From NCBI GenBank assembly GCA_030141605.1, contig JAQGDQ010001179.1:1-57188 (forward strand): a stretch of DNA of 57,188 bases. The letters are read 5' to 3'. The position numbers were made by a program, and so were the translations under genes. A model generated the notes under the pieces. The model ran no database searches. It was not told the DNA's origin and worked only from the letters and a program-made list of their open reading frames with translations. Positions 13,058 through 26,458 of this stretch are shown in pieces (positions within the stretch are counted from its first letter, which is position 1; each line of letters starts with the position of its first letter). This DNA is from Tubiluchus corallicola. Its lineage: Eukaryota > Animalia > Priapulida.

Positions 13058-13575
13058 GATAGACAGAGAGGCAGGCAAGCAGACAGAAAGACAGAAAGAC
13101 AAATAAACAGATAGACAGACAGGCAGGCAGATAGACAGACTGATGCACACATAGACAAACAGACAGACAGGTACACAGACTAAAGGACAGATAGACAGGC
13201 AGACAGACAGAGAGGCAGGCATACAGAAAAACAGATAGACAGACAGGCAGGCAGATAGACTGACTGACGCACACACAGACAAACAGACAGACAGACAGAA
13301 TGACAGATAGACAGGCAGACAGATAGGCAGACAGACAGACAAACAGACAGACAGAGAGACAGGCAAGCAGACAGACAGACAGAAAGAAAGAGAGACAGGC
13401 ATACAGAAAGACAGACTGATGCACATATAGACAAACAGAGAGACAGACATAAGAACAGAAAGACAGACAGACAGACAGGCAGGCAGGCAGGCAGGCAGAA
13501 AGACAGACAGATGGGCAGACAGACAGACGGACAGGTAGGCAGGCAGACAGACAGACAGGTAGGTAGGCAGACAAA
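13058..13575. repeat. Degenerate (GACA/GGCA)n tetranucleotide tract
   Basis: Direct reading. Confidence 0.95.
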
Positions 13576-13620
13576 CTGAGCTGAACTGTGCAACTACAAC
13601 AAGGACCTGTCATTTTGTAG

Positions 13621-13796
13621 CGTCAGACACAAGCCGCCGCCGTTGGAGCAAAGGAACACGTGGAGGCATTTAGGGAAGCTTACGAAATGTTGGTCGGAGA
13701 AGACAAGATACAGGAGAAAATGTTCCGCAAGGAATTTCAAGATTTGCAGCCGTTTCAGATTGAGCTGCTAGCCAAGCTGTACCGCAGGCGACCAAG
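13621..13796 (+). CDS. CFAP43: CFAP43 exon (RQTQAAAVGAKEHVEAFREAYEMLVGEDK...LAKLYRRRPR)
   Basis: ttttgtAG / AG|GTatga, phase 0-2. EDK...F.KEF...KL..RRPR motif. Confidence 0.92.
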
Positions 13797-14254
13797 GTAT
13801 GATTCAAATCTTACTCTACTGCCCCCCTGAGACATTGAAGCGATGGACAGGACAGCTTGAGCTGCTAGCCAAGCTGTGCAACAGACTACCAAAGTATGAT
13901 TCACATCTTACTCTACTGCCCCCCCTCAGACATTGAAGCGATGGACAGGACAGCTTGAGCTGCTAGCCAAGCTGTGCAACAGACTACCAAAGTATGATTC
14001 ACATCTTACTCTATTGCCCCCCTCAGACATTGAAGCGATGGACAGGACAGCTTGAGCTGCTTGCCAAGCTGTACAGCAGACGACCAAGGTATGATTCAAA
14101 TCTTACTCTACTGCCCCCCCCCCCCTTAAACATTGAAGCGATGGACAGGACAGGCTGAGCTGCTTGCCAAGCTGTGCAGCAGACGACCAATGCATGATTC
14201 AAATCTTACTCTACTGCCCCCCTCCCCCAGACATTGAAGTGATGGACAGGACAG
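13760..14254. repeat. ~98-bp tandem repeat, 5 copies, spanning an exon 3' end and splice donor
   Basis: Units start at 13760, 13857, 13955, 14052 and 14155. Confidence 0.93.
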
Positions 14255-14861
14255 GTTTTCATTTTTGTCCCTCTTCTGGGTTTTAAACATTTAAGGAAAG
14301 AACGCCACATTTGTGGCTGTTGTGTGTTGTTTTGCATTCTTATATGAAAGCTGTTTCGTGTATGATAGTGTAGTGTAAATTGTTTGTAGTGTGTTACTTT
14401 TCAGCAGGGTTTCTAGTTTCTTTGAAATTCGATTGTTTGTTGAATGTATATTGTTGTTGTTATTGTTGTTGTTGTTTGCTTCTCACATTGTTGATTTTTG
14501 TATACATTTTTACATTGTTTTTTATTTAGGTGATTATGTAAACATGTCGAAATGTTGCAGATTTTGTATCTTAAGTGGGTGCATTTTTATTGTTAGAATT
14601 ATTTTCCACATCACAGATTATTAGTTCATTTTGAATTGGTCACCTCTGTAGTCATGTTTTCATGATATGCGTCTTTATACCCATCAGAGTTTTTTGTTTG
14701 GTTACTATCTCTTTGATAACGAACAACGATATCAACTCTGTTTCTGTCTCGTGGGTTCCTTGTGCTGCCATCTAGTGGCAAGTTCTTTAATTGTTTTCCA
14801 TCTAATGCATGTGAGCTTTTCAACATTTCTTTGTTGATTTTGACGTACTGGTAACTTGCAG

Positions 14862-14972
14862 GGGTTTGCGAAATCCAATCATTTCTGGTACAGAAGCATA
14901 CATGCTCGATTCAGGTTCCAGAAACCCTTTCGGTTTTCGTCCACCAACTGCAGATTTGCAGGAGGGATACAG
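14862..14972 (+). CDS. CFAP43: CFAP43 exon (GLRNPIISGTEAYMLDSGSRNPFGFRPPTADLQEGYR)
   Basis: aacttgcAG / AG|GTacgc, phase 2-2. NPFG.RP motif. Confidence 0.82.
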
Positions 14973-17242
14973 GTACGCTGATTGTTTTACACCTCAGGGC
15001 CTTGTGCTTTCTAAGCGTAAATTTCAATTTTCTTTTCATTGAACAAATTTTTTTTGAAGTTAGTTTTGACATTGTGTAAGTATATTTGTGAAACAGTGTG
15101 CTATGAGAGCTGTAGCATAAAAATTCGTAAAGACAATGGATTTCTTCCTGTATTTATGCTGAAAAACAAATACATTCATATCTTGGTTTGCCAGACAAAA
15201 GCGGGAAGACGTTGGTCTGTATTTACAGATACTAAGCTGATATGTGTATTAGACTTGTCGTAATGTAGAATCAATCGTCTAATTGTTTCAAAAATGTCTA
15301 GTGCGGGCCGCTCCTAAGAAAAGGTATACAAAAACTGTCGGCAATGGACTCAAATAACTCCGTGTAATTGATTCTATATTTTTATACGTAGAGCTATACA
15401 AGTGATTACACTGCGGTAGTGATGTAAACAAAGTAACGCCCTGGCAACTAGCGGTCAGCTCACGAAACAACGGACTGTGTCCGTACTATGCGGGACTTTT
15501 TAACGCATCAGATTTTGTCCGATTCTTCCGATATCTGAGACATTTGTGTAGATACACAGTTTCAAGAACAACAATAGCATTTCTTTTTACTTTTTGTTAA
15601 TCCGTTAGACTAAATGTTTTTATCTACTATTTGTTCTTGAAAAGTATTATTCGTGTTTAACGTCTGATTTGTAAATATTCGTAAACGAAAGTAATAAAAA
15701 AATGAGTTAAAACATCGTGATGTACTTATTTACATTATCATTTCATAACATACAATCTGTAAATGAAAATATATAAGTGTTAGTAGATGTCACAACATAA
15801 TTTTATGATTCAATATTTCAAATTCAATTATGGGAATTTCTGTCTCGACACAGTGTCTTGGGTTTTATGGTGACAAACAAACAAAGTCATCAAGTACTGA
15901 TTAGTATAATATTTTATTGTTCGTGCACCATCATCACAGCGCATGCCCTTTCGTCATTTTACTTCTTATTTGACATGCATTGAGACGCCATTTCCCAAAA
16001 TTATACATTTTATCTGGAATGAGATGCAAATTCTTTTAATAAACTGATTAATTTCTTATCAAAATGTCAATTACCATTAAGTGAAATTAATCCGAGACTT
16101 TCAGTATATAACTAAAAAAAATTAAACAAAATCTACATACATCTTTGGCATCAAATCGTGAGTTACACAGAAAACATTGAAACCCTGCTTTGAGCACATT
16201 GAAACTTGAATGACAGATATTTAAAACTAGGTCGCTAATATTGAAGGCAGATGTCATCACCTTACAAGTAAGAACAGGTAAGTTAACTTAATCTTATCAA
16301 AACGCACATTTAACTATTATTAGTTACATTGTAAGAACAAAATATTTTGGTTATTTAACAAACAAAAATCCTTAACAGTAAATTTCACAACATAATTTTA
16401 CAATTCGATATTCAATCATGGGAATTTCTATCACAGTGTATTTATCAAGTTTAGAGATAGCTTTGCCTCTAAATGTGGGTAACTTAGGTCAAGTGTCATG
16501 GCCGTCAGGTTTTTCCGGAAGAGTTACTTCCTGCCTGGATTTTATACCAAGCTTATTCGTTAACCAGTTACATGATTAAAGTTGCGATAAGACATACAGA
16601 GGGGACTCCTAGCTAAAAGTAGTCGGGCTGTGCTTCAGAACATTTTTAGCCATTGTTTTAATACTGTGTAAAACGATTCAAAAACATACATAATTTTAAT
16701 GTTGCAATTTGTAATTGCAATTTTGAACAAACAAACTCACGAAAGTTTATACGTTAACTTGATGAAATCCTGAACAAAAAATATTTTTTGCTTACTAATA
16801 GCCTAAATTGTCACAGTTCTAGCTTAATCCATTCACAGTAAGCATGTGGCAACTGACAACAAACTGTGTGAGTGACAGTACTTTTTCTATCTGGGTTCCA
16901 TACAAGTATAAAGAAAGAACTAAAGAAAAAAGACTTATTATGTTGAATATTATCGATAATATTGAGTGAAAATAGAGGGTGCTGCAGTTCTAAAGTCACT
17001 GGACACTTGCACAATAAAATGACTGTAGTATTTATGTACTCATTCTTTGTACAGTTATTTATACAGTAATTTGCTTACTTTGGAAATGAGTTTCGGACAC
17101 GTGGATTTATGCGCGAACTATCTGTTTCTCGTAAGCTACGTTTCTTTAGTTTAAACATAATTTATCATAGGATTGGATCAGACAGTTTGAGCAACATGAT
17201 TTACGATCCTCACCACAACAAACTATATACACTATTTACAAA

Positions 17243-18142
17243 AACATTTATGGTAAGATTTGACTATACCTACACAAGCTGACAAGTTTTACTACATGAT
17301 TACATTAGATATTAGTAACATTTACAGTAAGAATTGACTATAACTGCACAAGCTGACAAGTTCTACTGCAAGATTAGATTAGATATTAGTAACATTTACA
17401 GTAAGAATTGACTATAACTACACAAGCTGACAAGTTCTACTGCAAGATTAGATTAGATATTAGTAACATTTATGGTAAGAATTGACTATACCTACACAAG
17501 CTGACATGTTTTACTACAAGATTATATTAGATATTAACAACATTTACGGTAAGAATTGACTATACCTACACAAGCTGACATGTTTTAGTACAAGATTACA
17601 TTAGATATTACTAACATTTACAGTAAGAATTGACTATAACTGCACAAGCTGACGAGTTTTACTACAGGATTAGATTAGATATTAGTAATATTTACAGTGA
17701 GAATTGACTATACCTACATAAGCTGACAAGTTTTACTACAAGATTACATTAGATATTAGTAATATTTAGGGTAAGAATTGACTATACCTACACAAGCTGA
17801 CAAGTTTTATTACAAGATTGGATTAGATATTAGTAACATTTACAGTAAGAATTGACTATACCTTCACAAGCTGACAAGTTTTACTACAAGATTACATTAG
17901 ACATTAGTAACATTTACAGTAAGAATTGACTTTAACTACACAAGCTGACATGTTTTACTACAAGATTACATTAGATATTAGTAACATTTACAGTAAGAGT
18001 TGACTATACCTACACAAGCTGACAAGTTTTATTACAAGATTACATTAGACATTAGTAACATTTACAGTAAGAGTAGACTATAACTACACAAGCTGACAAG
18101 TTTTACTACAAGATTACATTAGATATTAGTAACATTTACAGT
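17243..18142. repeat. 74-bp tandem repeat, ~12 copies
   Basis: Unit aacatttacagtaagaattgactatacctacacaagctgacaagttttactacaagattacattagatattagt. Confidence 0.95.
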
Positions 18143-18178
18143 AGGAATCCAAGGAGTTTCTTTGAATTTCATTTACAG

Positions 18179-18302
18179 GCAGAATTTGGACAGCGCCATT
18201 CGAGAACTGGACAACGTCACCAACATGCCAGAGTTCTTGGATCCCATCATCTGGGAGAAATTTTGCACCGCCAGGCGGGCCAAGATACAGGTGGAGCAAC
18301 AG
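18179..18302 (+). CDS. CFAP43: CFAP43 exon (QNLDSAIRELDNVTNMPEFLDPIIWEKFCTARRAKIQVEQQ)
   Basis: catttacAG / CAG|GTacca, phase 2-0. ELDN..NMPE.LDP..W..FC..RRAK motif. Confidence 0.94.
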
Positions 18303-18696
18303 GTACCACACTTCTTATCAATTTAGGTTTTCTCTTGGACTTATTTTCTGTGGAATTTTCTACCAAGAAACTATTTCTCTGTTAATTATCATCTCTTTCA
18401 ATTCAAGGAGATTATTGCTTTTCTTGGGTCCAGAAATGGTTGGTGGAACAATGAACGTTCAAAATGGTAGCGGCCACCGGAAGATGTTTGGACATTTAAA
18501 GTGATTTTACTAATTATACGAGGCACTTATTACACCTTTCGTTACTAGTACTTTTGACGTTTTTCACGAATGTTGAAATAAGCCCAACTTTCGAGAAAAC
18601 CTTTCCTTTAAAAATACACACAGGCTGGATTAAGACTTTAAGACCCTAGGTCCTAAGCATTGGAAAAATCATGGTAACCCCATATATGTGTAATAA

Positions 18697-18700
<4 letters not shown>

Positions 18701-18766
<66 letters not shown>
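18701..18766. repeat. (CT)n microsatellite
   Basis: Direct reading. Confidence 0.97.
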
Positions 18767-18768
<2 letters not shown>

Positions 18769-19471
18769 CTTTCTCTTTCTGTCTTGCTAACTACCTTATT
18801 TCTTCTTTTTTCCCTGTCTTTCCTGCCTCTTTTCTTCATTTATTCCGTTTATTAAGTTTCAGCATTTATTCCACAGTGCACAGGTTTATGCAGTCATACA
18901 GTAACTAAATTGAAAGAGACAAGACTTTTCAGCAGAGCTCTTCAGTGTCTACTTCTGCAATTATATCAAAATATAAGATAACAGCAGAAAACTGAAATTG
19001 TTGCTGAAAGAAGCAATAATCATAAATTTTAAATACCCAGTTTTATGTAGACAAAAAAAACATGTTACTAAATTATTGTTAATTTTGTAACAACAATTTA
19101 CTGCGTCAAAGGATTGCTGACACAACAGAGAACCTGTCATGCCCAAAAGTTTAGTATAATGTTCGAATGTAATGTTTATTTCAAAATGTAAATATAAATA
19201 ACATCGAGACGAAACAACAACAACAACAACAACAACAATAACAAGTTTGATATAATGTTCCAATATAATGTTTATTTCAAAATGTAAATACAAATAACAT
19301 TGAGAAGCATATAGCTCATTCTGCTTCATGCTGACACACACATGTGATAATGCATACTTATTTTTTTCAAATGAGTTGAATAGCCTGGAAATTCACCAAT
19401 AAACAACGAGAACAGTTTTTTTATGTTATAAGAAATTCTTGGAACCAAATCGAGGTATTTTTTGCGTTTAG

Positions 19472-19584
19472 GTAAAAACCAAGGCGCTTATTCTGGCCGA
19501 TCTCGTGGCCATCTTGCAACGTCGACAAGAAGAACACGAAAAACTGCAGCAGGAGGTTGAGGAACTCATTCAAGAAATCAACAG
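19472..19584 (+). CDS. CFAP43: CFAP43 exon (VKTKALILADLVAILQRRQEEHEKLQQEVEELIQEINR)
   Basis: gcgtttAG / AG|GTacgc, phase 0-2. Confidence 0.9.
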
Positions 19585-21505
19585 GTACGCGTATTAACAC
19601 TTCGAAGCGTGTTTTTCAAGCATTCGTTGCAATTCTGCTCACTAGTGGCAGCACCGTAACGTAATTTTGTTTCTTTGGCTCTTGGGTTGTCCCGATAATA
19701 CGGTGCCGACGTGAATTTAGACATTTTATTCTTATGCTAGAGGTGTCACGATGCTAAAGTTGTCGCTGGGGTCTTTTGGGGAGAGCCAACAACCGACATT
19801 CTCAGGTTTATCAGACTGTTTTTGAAGTTGCGATGTTCATGTTAAACAGATGAAATCAATGGATGAAAACATGGTTTAACTTCGCGATCTGTATTTTACT
19901 CAAAATCATAGTCTCATGGTCAGTCCACATATACACGAAAATGGTAAACATAATCAACAGTAGTAAACAAATGTTAAAGTAAATCCATCAGCCAATATAT
20001 CGTGGCACCTTAGTCAAAATGTTATTATAACCACACCACTGTTTAAGCCTATTGCTTGTCCTCTAATCTTGTTACCAAGTGTGAAAAACTGCTACATTCA
20101 CATAGAAGCCCAGTAACCCAGTTACATACAAACATATAGCAGTAGCAAGTACATACATATATTGAAAACTTCCAAGTGTACAAACAGATGTCAACACTGG
20201 TTTAGTGGTAATGAAAAACTAAAATTTAAAACTACAAATCAAAATTAATAATAAACTGTAAATTAAATGCTCGCATCTGCGACAAGAAGTGATATGGAAT
20301 GAAATGTATGTTCGCTTCACAAGCAATGAACCCCATAAAAATGAGGTTATAAAGAGGTTTCTCTCAGACACATCAAGTTTATTCAGTTTCTTGTATTAAC
20401 TAATTAAGTTTTGTTGTCATTTTCTGATATTTTCCTGTTATGTTAAAGCACGATAAAACCGACATCATAATGAAACTTTTAAGAAAATCGTCTTGAAATT
20501 TTGTTTCGCTTACATACCATCTTGTTGTGCACACAACTTGCGTTAGCAATAACGCTGTAAATTAAAACGTAAACGCGCGGCTCAGTGAATCCACTAAGAT
20601 TGGCAATAGTGCCTTTTTGTCACATTCGCGTGGCCAACAAATAGAAGGCGGTACCGTGATAAGCATGATCATGAACAGCAGTGTTAGTTTCATGACGTCA
20701 TATGATGTAAAGTGCATTTTTCATGACATCATGCATTTAAGCAGTACTGTAACGTCTATGCAAATGTGCTTGACGCGCAAGGGAAGATGCCTGCCATTGT
20801 ACAAACTGTGGTTAGTTTCTGACGTATGCAATAGCTGCGTTCAGTTGCCACTAATTGACTTTCTAAGCTAATTATTCAAATATATGAAACAATTGCTTAC
20901 CCTTATAGGCAAGAAAATGTATATTTTGGACAGTAAATTAAAATGAGATTGGGTCTAAACAATCACTCTGCTTTCCTTTAAAGAAATTGTCCTGAAATTT
21001 TATGTCACCTGTAAGGTGCAATGCTGTATAAGGCACAAAAAACCCTCCACTTACATAAAGCTAAAAAAATCCGAGTTGAAATTTTATACCACTTACTTAC
21101 TGTCGTTTTACATATTAGAGTAACACGCTGTATAGAACCTGTAAATTTAAATTCCCGCGATGACCTCAAGGTGCAGCCATTTTAACGGTAAGTCATTTGA
21201 AACAAGTTTAAATGACATTCCGAGAAATTTGAAAAATTAATCAGAGCATTCGTAGCGCATATTTCTGTAACTAAGCAAAAGTTTAAGTTACTTTATATTA
21301 CCAATAAGATCAATAACATTTTATTTTGGTGAACCAGTGCTGCACAGTGGGAAGGCGAAACAGCGATGGTGTGAACGTTTTAAATAATCAATAATTTTCT
21401 TTTCCAATTACATAAGTCTTTTAAGCAGGTAAGCATAATGCTAAATAATATATAATATAATATAAATGAACAACTTTGTGTTGAAAGTTTTTAGAACCTA
21501 CTTTA

Positions 21506-22377
21506 TAGGTTTTACATGTCAAATGTAGACACAGGAAAGTTCAAATGTGACTTAGGTAAGTCAAATGTGACATTGGTAAGTCAAATGTGACTTTGGTAAG
21601 TCAAATGTGACTTAGGTGAGTCAAATGTAGACAAATGAATTTCGAATGTGTTTTGGTAACTCAAATGTGACTTAGGTAAGTCAAATGTGACTTAGGTAAG
21701 TCAAATGTAGACATAGGAAAGTTCAAATGTGACTTAGGTAAGTCAAATGTAGATGCATTACCTTGAATAAATTGGTAATAAACTCATTTAAGTTTAAATT
21801 ACAAAGAAATAAACCAAAGATAGTCATCACTTCTTTCGTAACTTTGAAAAATGCGTTGTTTATCCTCAAACTAAATTCTTTGATAAACCGTAACGTTAGT
21901 AGCAAAGAATAAATTGGTTCCCACTTCCCAATGAACGGTGAATCACTTACTAGCTTTTAAGTAATGCATTAGCACTGCATGAATGAATTAGTTTCTCTTA
22001 AGAAACATTTATTTTAAGAATGTATTGTTTTCTCTAACAGTTCCAATGGTATGTAAAGTTTACAGAATATTAGTGAACTATTAGTAGGCCTATAAAATTA
22101 TTATTTTCACAGAAATTATTAAATTAAGATTAAAGGAGATTAAATTTAACATCCTTAAGCTTTACCACCTGTCCACATTTGAGATACCAATGTCACATTT
22201 GACTTGACACGTGTCTACGTTTGACTTACCAAAACACTACAAAACAAAAGATTTGTTGAAAACCATTGTTAACACATTTGAACTATCTAAGTCTACATTT
22301 GAGTTACCGAGACACATTTGAATTACCTAAATCTACATTTGAGTTAACGTAGGTCTACATTTGACATGTAAAACCTA
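21506..22377 (+). mobile_element. MITE/foldback-like element copy 1
   Basis: TIR TAGGTTTTACATGTCAAATGTAGAC at both ends, TA flanks, and ~20-bp subterminal repeats (TCAAATGTGACTTAGGTAAG) in inverted orientation at the two ends. Confidence 0.85.
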
Positions 22378-22424
22378 TAAAATTGATTCTCCTTCCCCTT
22401 TAAAAAACTTTAACTTTTTTCAAG

Positions 22425-22584
22425 GATAAAGGAGCTACACGTTCGTTTCCTCTACAATTTGGAGGTGCAGCTGCTGCTGAAACAGGGACAAGTAGAGGTG
22501 CAATCGGGACCTCTATGCAACGACTACGTTGACTGCGTCCTCATTCACAGATCCGTGGTCGAGGAACTGAATAAAGTCATCAAG
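22425..22584 (+). CDS. CFAP43: CFAP43 exon (IKELHVRFLYNLEVQLLLKQGQVEV...IHRSVVEELNKVIK)
   Basis: ttttcaAG / AAG|GTgagt, phase 2-0. Contains the diagnostic Q.LLKQGQVE motif. Confidence 0.95.
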
Positions 22585-22691
22585 GTGAGTAGTTTTATGC
22601 TGATAAGTGATGGTTATGATTAGATTTGCTTTGGTTTTGATTAGTGATAACGATAGTAATTATAATTAATTATAGTTATATAGTTGTTATA

Positions 22692-23085
22692 TAGGTTTTA
22701 CACGTCAAATGTAGATACAGGAAAGTTAAAATGTGACTTAGGTAAGTCAAATGTAGACATAGGTATTTCGAATGTGTTTTGGTAACTCAAATGTGACTTA
22801 GGTAAGTCAAATGTAGACATAGGAATTTCGAATGTGTTTTGGTAACTCAAATGTGACTTAAGTAAGTCAAATGTAGACATAGGAAAGTGCAAATGTGACT
22901 TAGGTAAGTCAAATGTAGACATTGGAATTTCGAATGTGTTTTGGTAACTCAAATGTGGCTTAGGTAAGTCAAATGTAGACATAGGAAAGTGCAAATGTGA
23001 CTTAAATAAGTCAAATGTAGATACTTTGAATAAATCGGTAATCAACTTATTTAAGTGCAAATTACAAAAAAGATAAAACCAAATT
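22692..23085 (+). mobile_element. Same MITE family, left end only, with expanded subterminal repeats
   Basis: Starts TAGGTTTTACACGTCAAATGTAG and matches ~21506-21815. No right TIR seen. Confidence 0.8.
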
Positions 23086-23694
23086 AAAATTATATTTTTT
23101 GGTCGTGGTGCTATCGGCAGCATAAATTTTTATTAGATTTAATTAATTTGCATCTATTTGTATGGACGTTAATACATTTTTCAAATATAAAGAGAATGTT
23201 TATTTGATGTGTTGTACATAAGTTAACAATTATACAATTATTAATATATACGCCAATTCTACATTTTATTTGTCAACGTTTTATGAAAACATTTTTTAAA
23301 TAATTAATCAAATCTGCAAAATTAAAATTGTAATCAATGCTCAAGACCTTTTCGATTGGTTTTACAAAAATTACGCAAAATGAACAATAAATAAACAATA
23401 AAAATGAACTAAAATTTGGTATGAACAAGCTTTACTTCAGAATGTGTCGTCAGTAGTTCGGCTTGTCCGTCATTTGTGCTTTTGAAAATTATACTCATTT
23501 TCAAACATATCACTCTTTGGTTTCACACGCCATTAACTAAGTTTTTAGTCAATTATTTAATCACTCAAATCACTCTAATACTATTATACTAACTTTTTGC
23601 ATTACTTCAAAGTGAGATAGGATATAAAAAATCATGTTCTTTTCCTTTAAGTCATTGCCTCTTGTTAGCAATAATGATGTATTGAACATTATAG

Positions 23695-23768
23695 ACTTTG
23701 GGTGCTGCGAAGATTGCAAGTATGGAAGAAAGCAAAGATTTTAGAAAAGGCATTGTTAACTTAGACTG
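23695..23768 (+). CDS. CFAP43: CFAP43 exon (TLGAAKIASMEESKDFRKGIVNLDW)
   Basis: attatAG / TG|GTgagt, phase 0-2. K.ASM.ESKD motif. Confidence 0.92.
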
Positions 23769-23849
23769 GTGAGTTTGGCGGGACAATTTTGCTTTTTATC
23801 TAAACTGTAATAATTATTTTTTCAATTGAATTGTATGGCTATTGCAACA

Positions 23850-25020
23850 TATCCTATACATGTATAACCTATATAAACTATATACATAACCTACATTTTT
23901 TAAATATCACTTGTCTATTTATATTTAGAAGACATACTACAACTTGTTTCCCACTTTCTTTACAAATCCAATTACAGCAAATCCTAAACATTACTTTATA
24001 GGTTTTACATGTCAAATGTAAACTTGCGTTAACTCAAATGTAGATTTAGGTAATTCAAATGTGTCTTGGTAACTCAAATGTAGACTTAGGTAGTTCAAAT
24101 GTGTTAACAATGGTTTTCAACAAATCTTAAGCGTTTTTGGTAAGTCTAATGTAGACACATGTCAAGTCAAATGTAACATTTGCATCTCAAATGCGGATAG
24201 GTGTTAAAGTTTAAGGATGTTAAATTTAATCTTCTTTAATTTCAATTTAATAATTGCTCCTAAGTTAAAATAACAACGTTATAGGCCTACTAATTAGTAG
24301 TTTGGACTTAAATAACTTAATTACCGATTTATTCAAAGTACCGCATCTACATTTGACTTACCTAAGTCGCATTTGAGTTACCAAAACACATTCGAAATTC
24401 CTATGTCTACATTTGACTTACCTAAGTCACATTTGAACTTTCCTGTGTCTACATTTGACGTGTAAAACCTATACAAGGTTCAATGAATATCATATCCCTT
24501 GCTGTCATACTAATAGTGCCAGGCACTTTATTAAATTCACAGCCCCCAACAACTGGAATAAAATAAGTGCCCAAGTAAAAATACACAAAACTATTTATAG
24601 TTTCAAAAAGTACTTGAAAAGAAACATTTTTGATTCATACTTATAATACAATTTTAATGGTTCTATGTCTCATGCATTTGCAATATATGGCCTCCAATCA
24701 ATTATAATGCTATTTTAATATAGCTCTATGTAAATTAAACATACACTGTGGTTGTTTCTTCTCTTCTTCTTTCTTCCTAACCCTAATCTTACTATTTTTT
24801 TCCATTCCATCATGTCTACTGACCCTAACCATTCTTTCATTCACTCATTTGTGCCACCCTAACAAGCCAAGCTTTCAAGGTGTCATGCAGCAACTCTTTT
24901 ATTTGGTTAATTTGACTTCATCAACGTTTTTTTTTTACCTATGCTGTTTCTTTTTTTTCAATATTATTTTATGTTGAAGTTGTATATGTATTGCTGGAGT
25001 GAAATAAATTGATTAATTGA
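23850..25020 (+). mobile_element. 5'-truncated CR1/L2-group LINE remnant (ORF2 C-terminus and 3' UTR), split by the MITE
   Basis: After removing the MITE and one TA: ...YNLFPTFFTNPITANPKHYFTRFNEYHIPCCHTNSARHFIKFTAPNNWNKISAQVKIHKTIYSFKKYLKRNIFDSYL*. This has the typical H.Y.TR...WN.....K...SFK..LK tail. AATAAA plus short-repeat end at ~25003-25020. Boundaries approximate. Confidence 0.75.
23999..24471 (-). mobile_element. Same MITE family, inverted and internally deleted, nested in a LINE remnant
   Basis: Both TIRs present. First ~295 bp are the reverse complement of ~22085-22377; the final part is the reverse complement of the left end. Confidence 0.85.
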
Positions 25021-25274
25021 TATATATATTATTCCTACAAGTTTAAGCATGCTCACGTGTATTCCGACGCCTCTAAACCCTTAAATGCTTACATGAATTC
25101 CAACTGTATTAAATTCTTTCTCTTCCACAAAACAGAACGAATGATAAAATATCTTGGGCTCATGAGCAATAAAAGCAACAGATTCGCTAGAAATAAACCG
25201 CTCAATCAGTTTTGGTTATGTGCACAGTGATTTAATATATTTTTTATACTGTGGACTGTCTCATACCAGCATTA

Positions 25275-25815
<541 letters not shown>

Positions 25816-26367
25816 AGTTTGTTAAATTTTTATACTGTTGTGCTTTAATTTTTGCCAGATTACCCCAGAGTGATTTATGTTACGTAAACAATGTAAAATG
25901 AAAGATTTATTTATTTATGTATCTTTTGGTTAATGTGTTAGCCTTGGTGTTTGCTCTGCTGTTTTTCTACAATTTTCTAAGATTGTGCATTCACTTCTGT
26001 AAGACAGTGAAATTGTGAACTGATCAGGATTAAAAATGTTAATCGGTAAATGTTTTAACACTTTTTATTTCAGCTTACTTTGATGTAGTCGGTTTTTTCG
26101 CAGATAAATGTTGTTTAGTCTAGCGATTAAGACAGTCTGGTTGATCTAACGATTGTCAGCCAAGCACATCTTTGAACTTTCTACGAGCATAGCCACTGCA
26201 CGGAAGTTTATCACCTTGATCAGTTGCTCTGAAATTAATGATTGTTGCAGCGTCACAGGGGCTTGTGATTTCTGTTTGAGCCCGGAAACTTTATGAAGCA
26301 TGGCAACTGCTGATGGCCGCTTATTGTCAAATTTGGGATTTTGTAGTTTTTTTATTTTTCTTCTTAG

Positions 26368-26458
26368 GGAGCACAAGAAGATGCTGATGCAGATTGAAGA
26401 TTATAACGAGCGCATCCGCAGCATCCAGATGTTGAAAGTCAGTCGAGAGATACAGCAG
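26368..26458 (+). CDS. CFAP43: CFAP43 exon (EHKKMLMQIEDYNERIRSIQMLKVSREIQQ)
   Basis: ttcttcttAG / CAG|GTagat, phase 2-0. WEHKKM...IQML motif across the junction. Confidence 0.92.

Noticed and set aside
13022-13613. SVCL-repeat ORFs
   Set aside because: Translations of (GACA)n.
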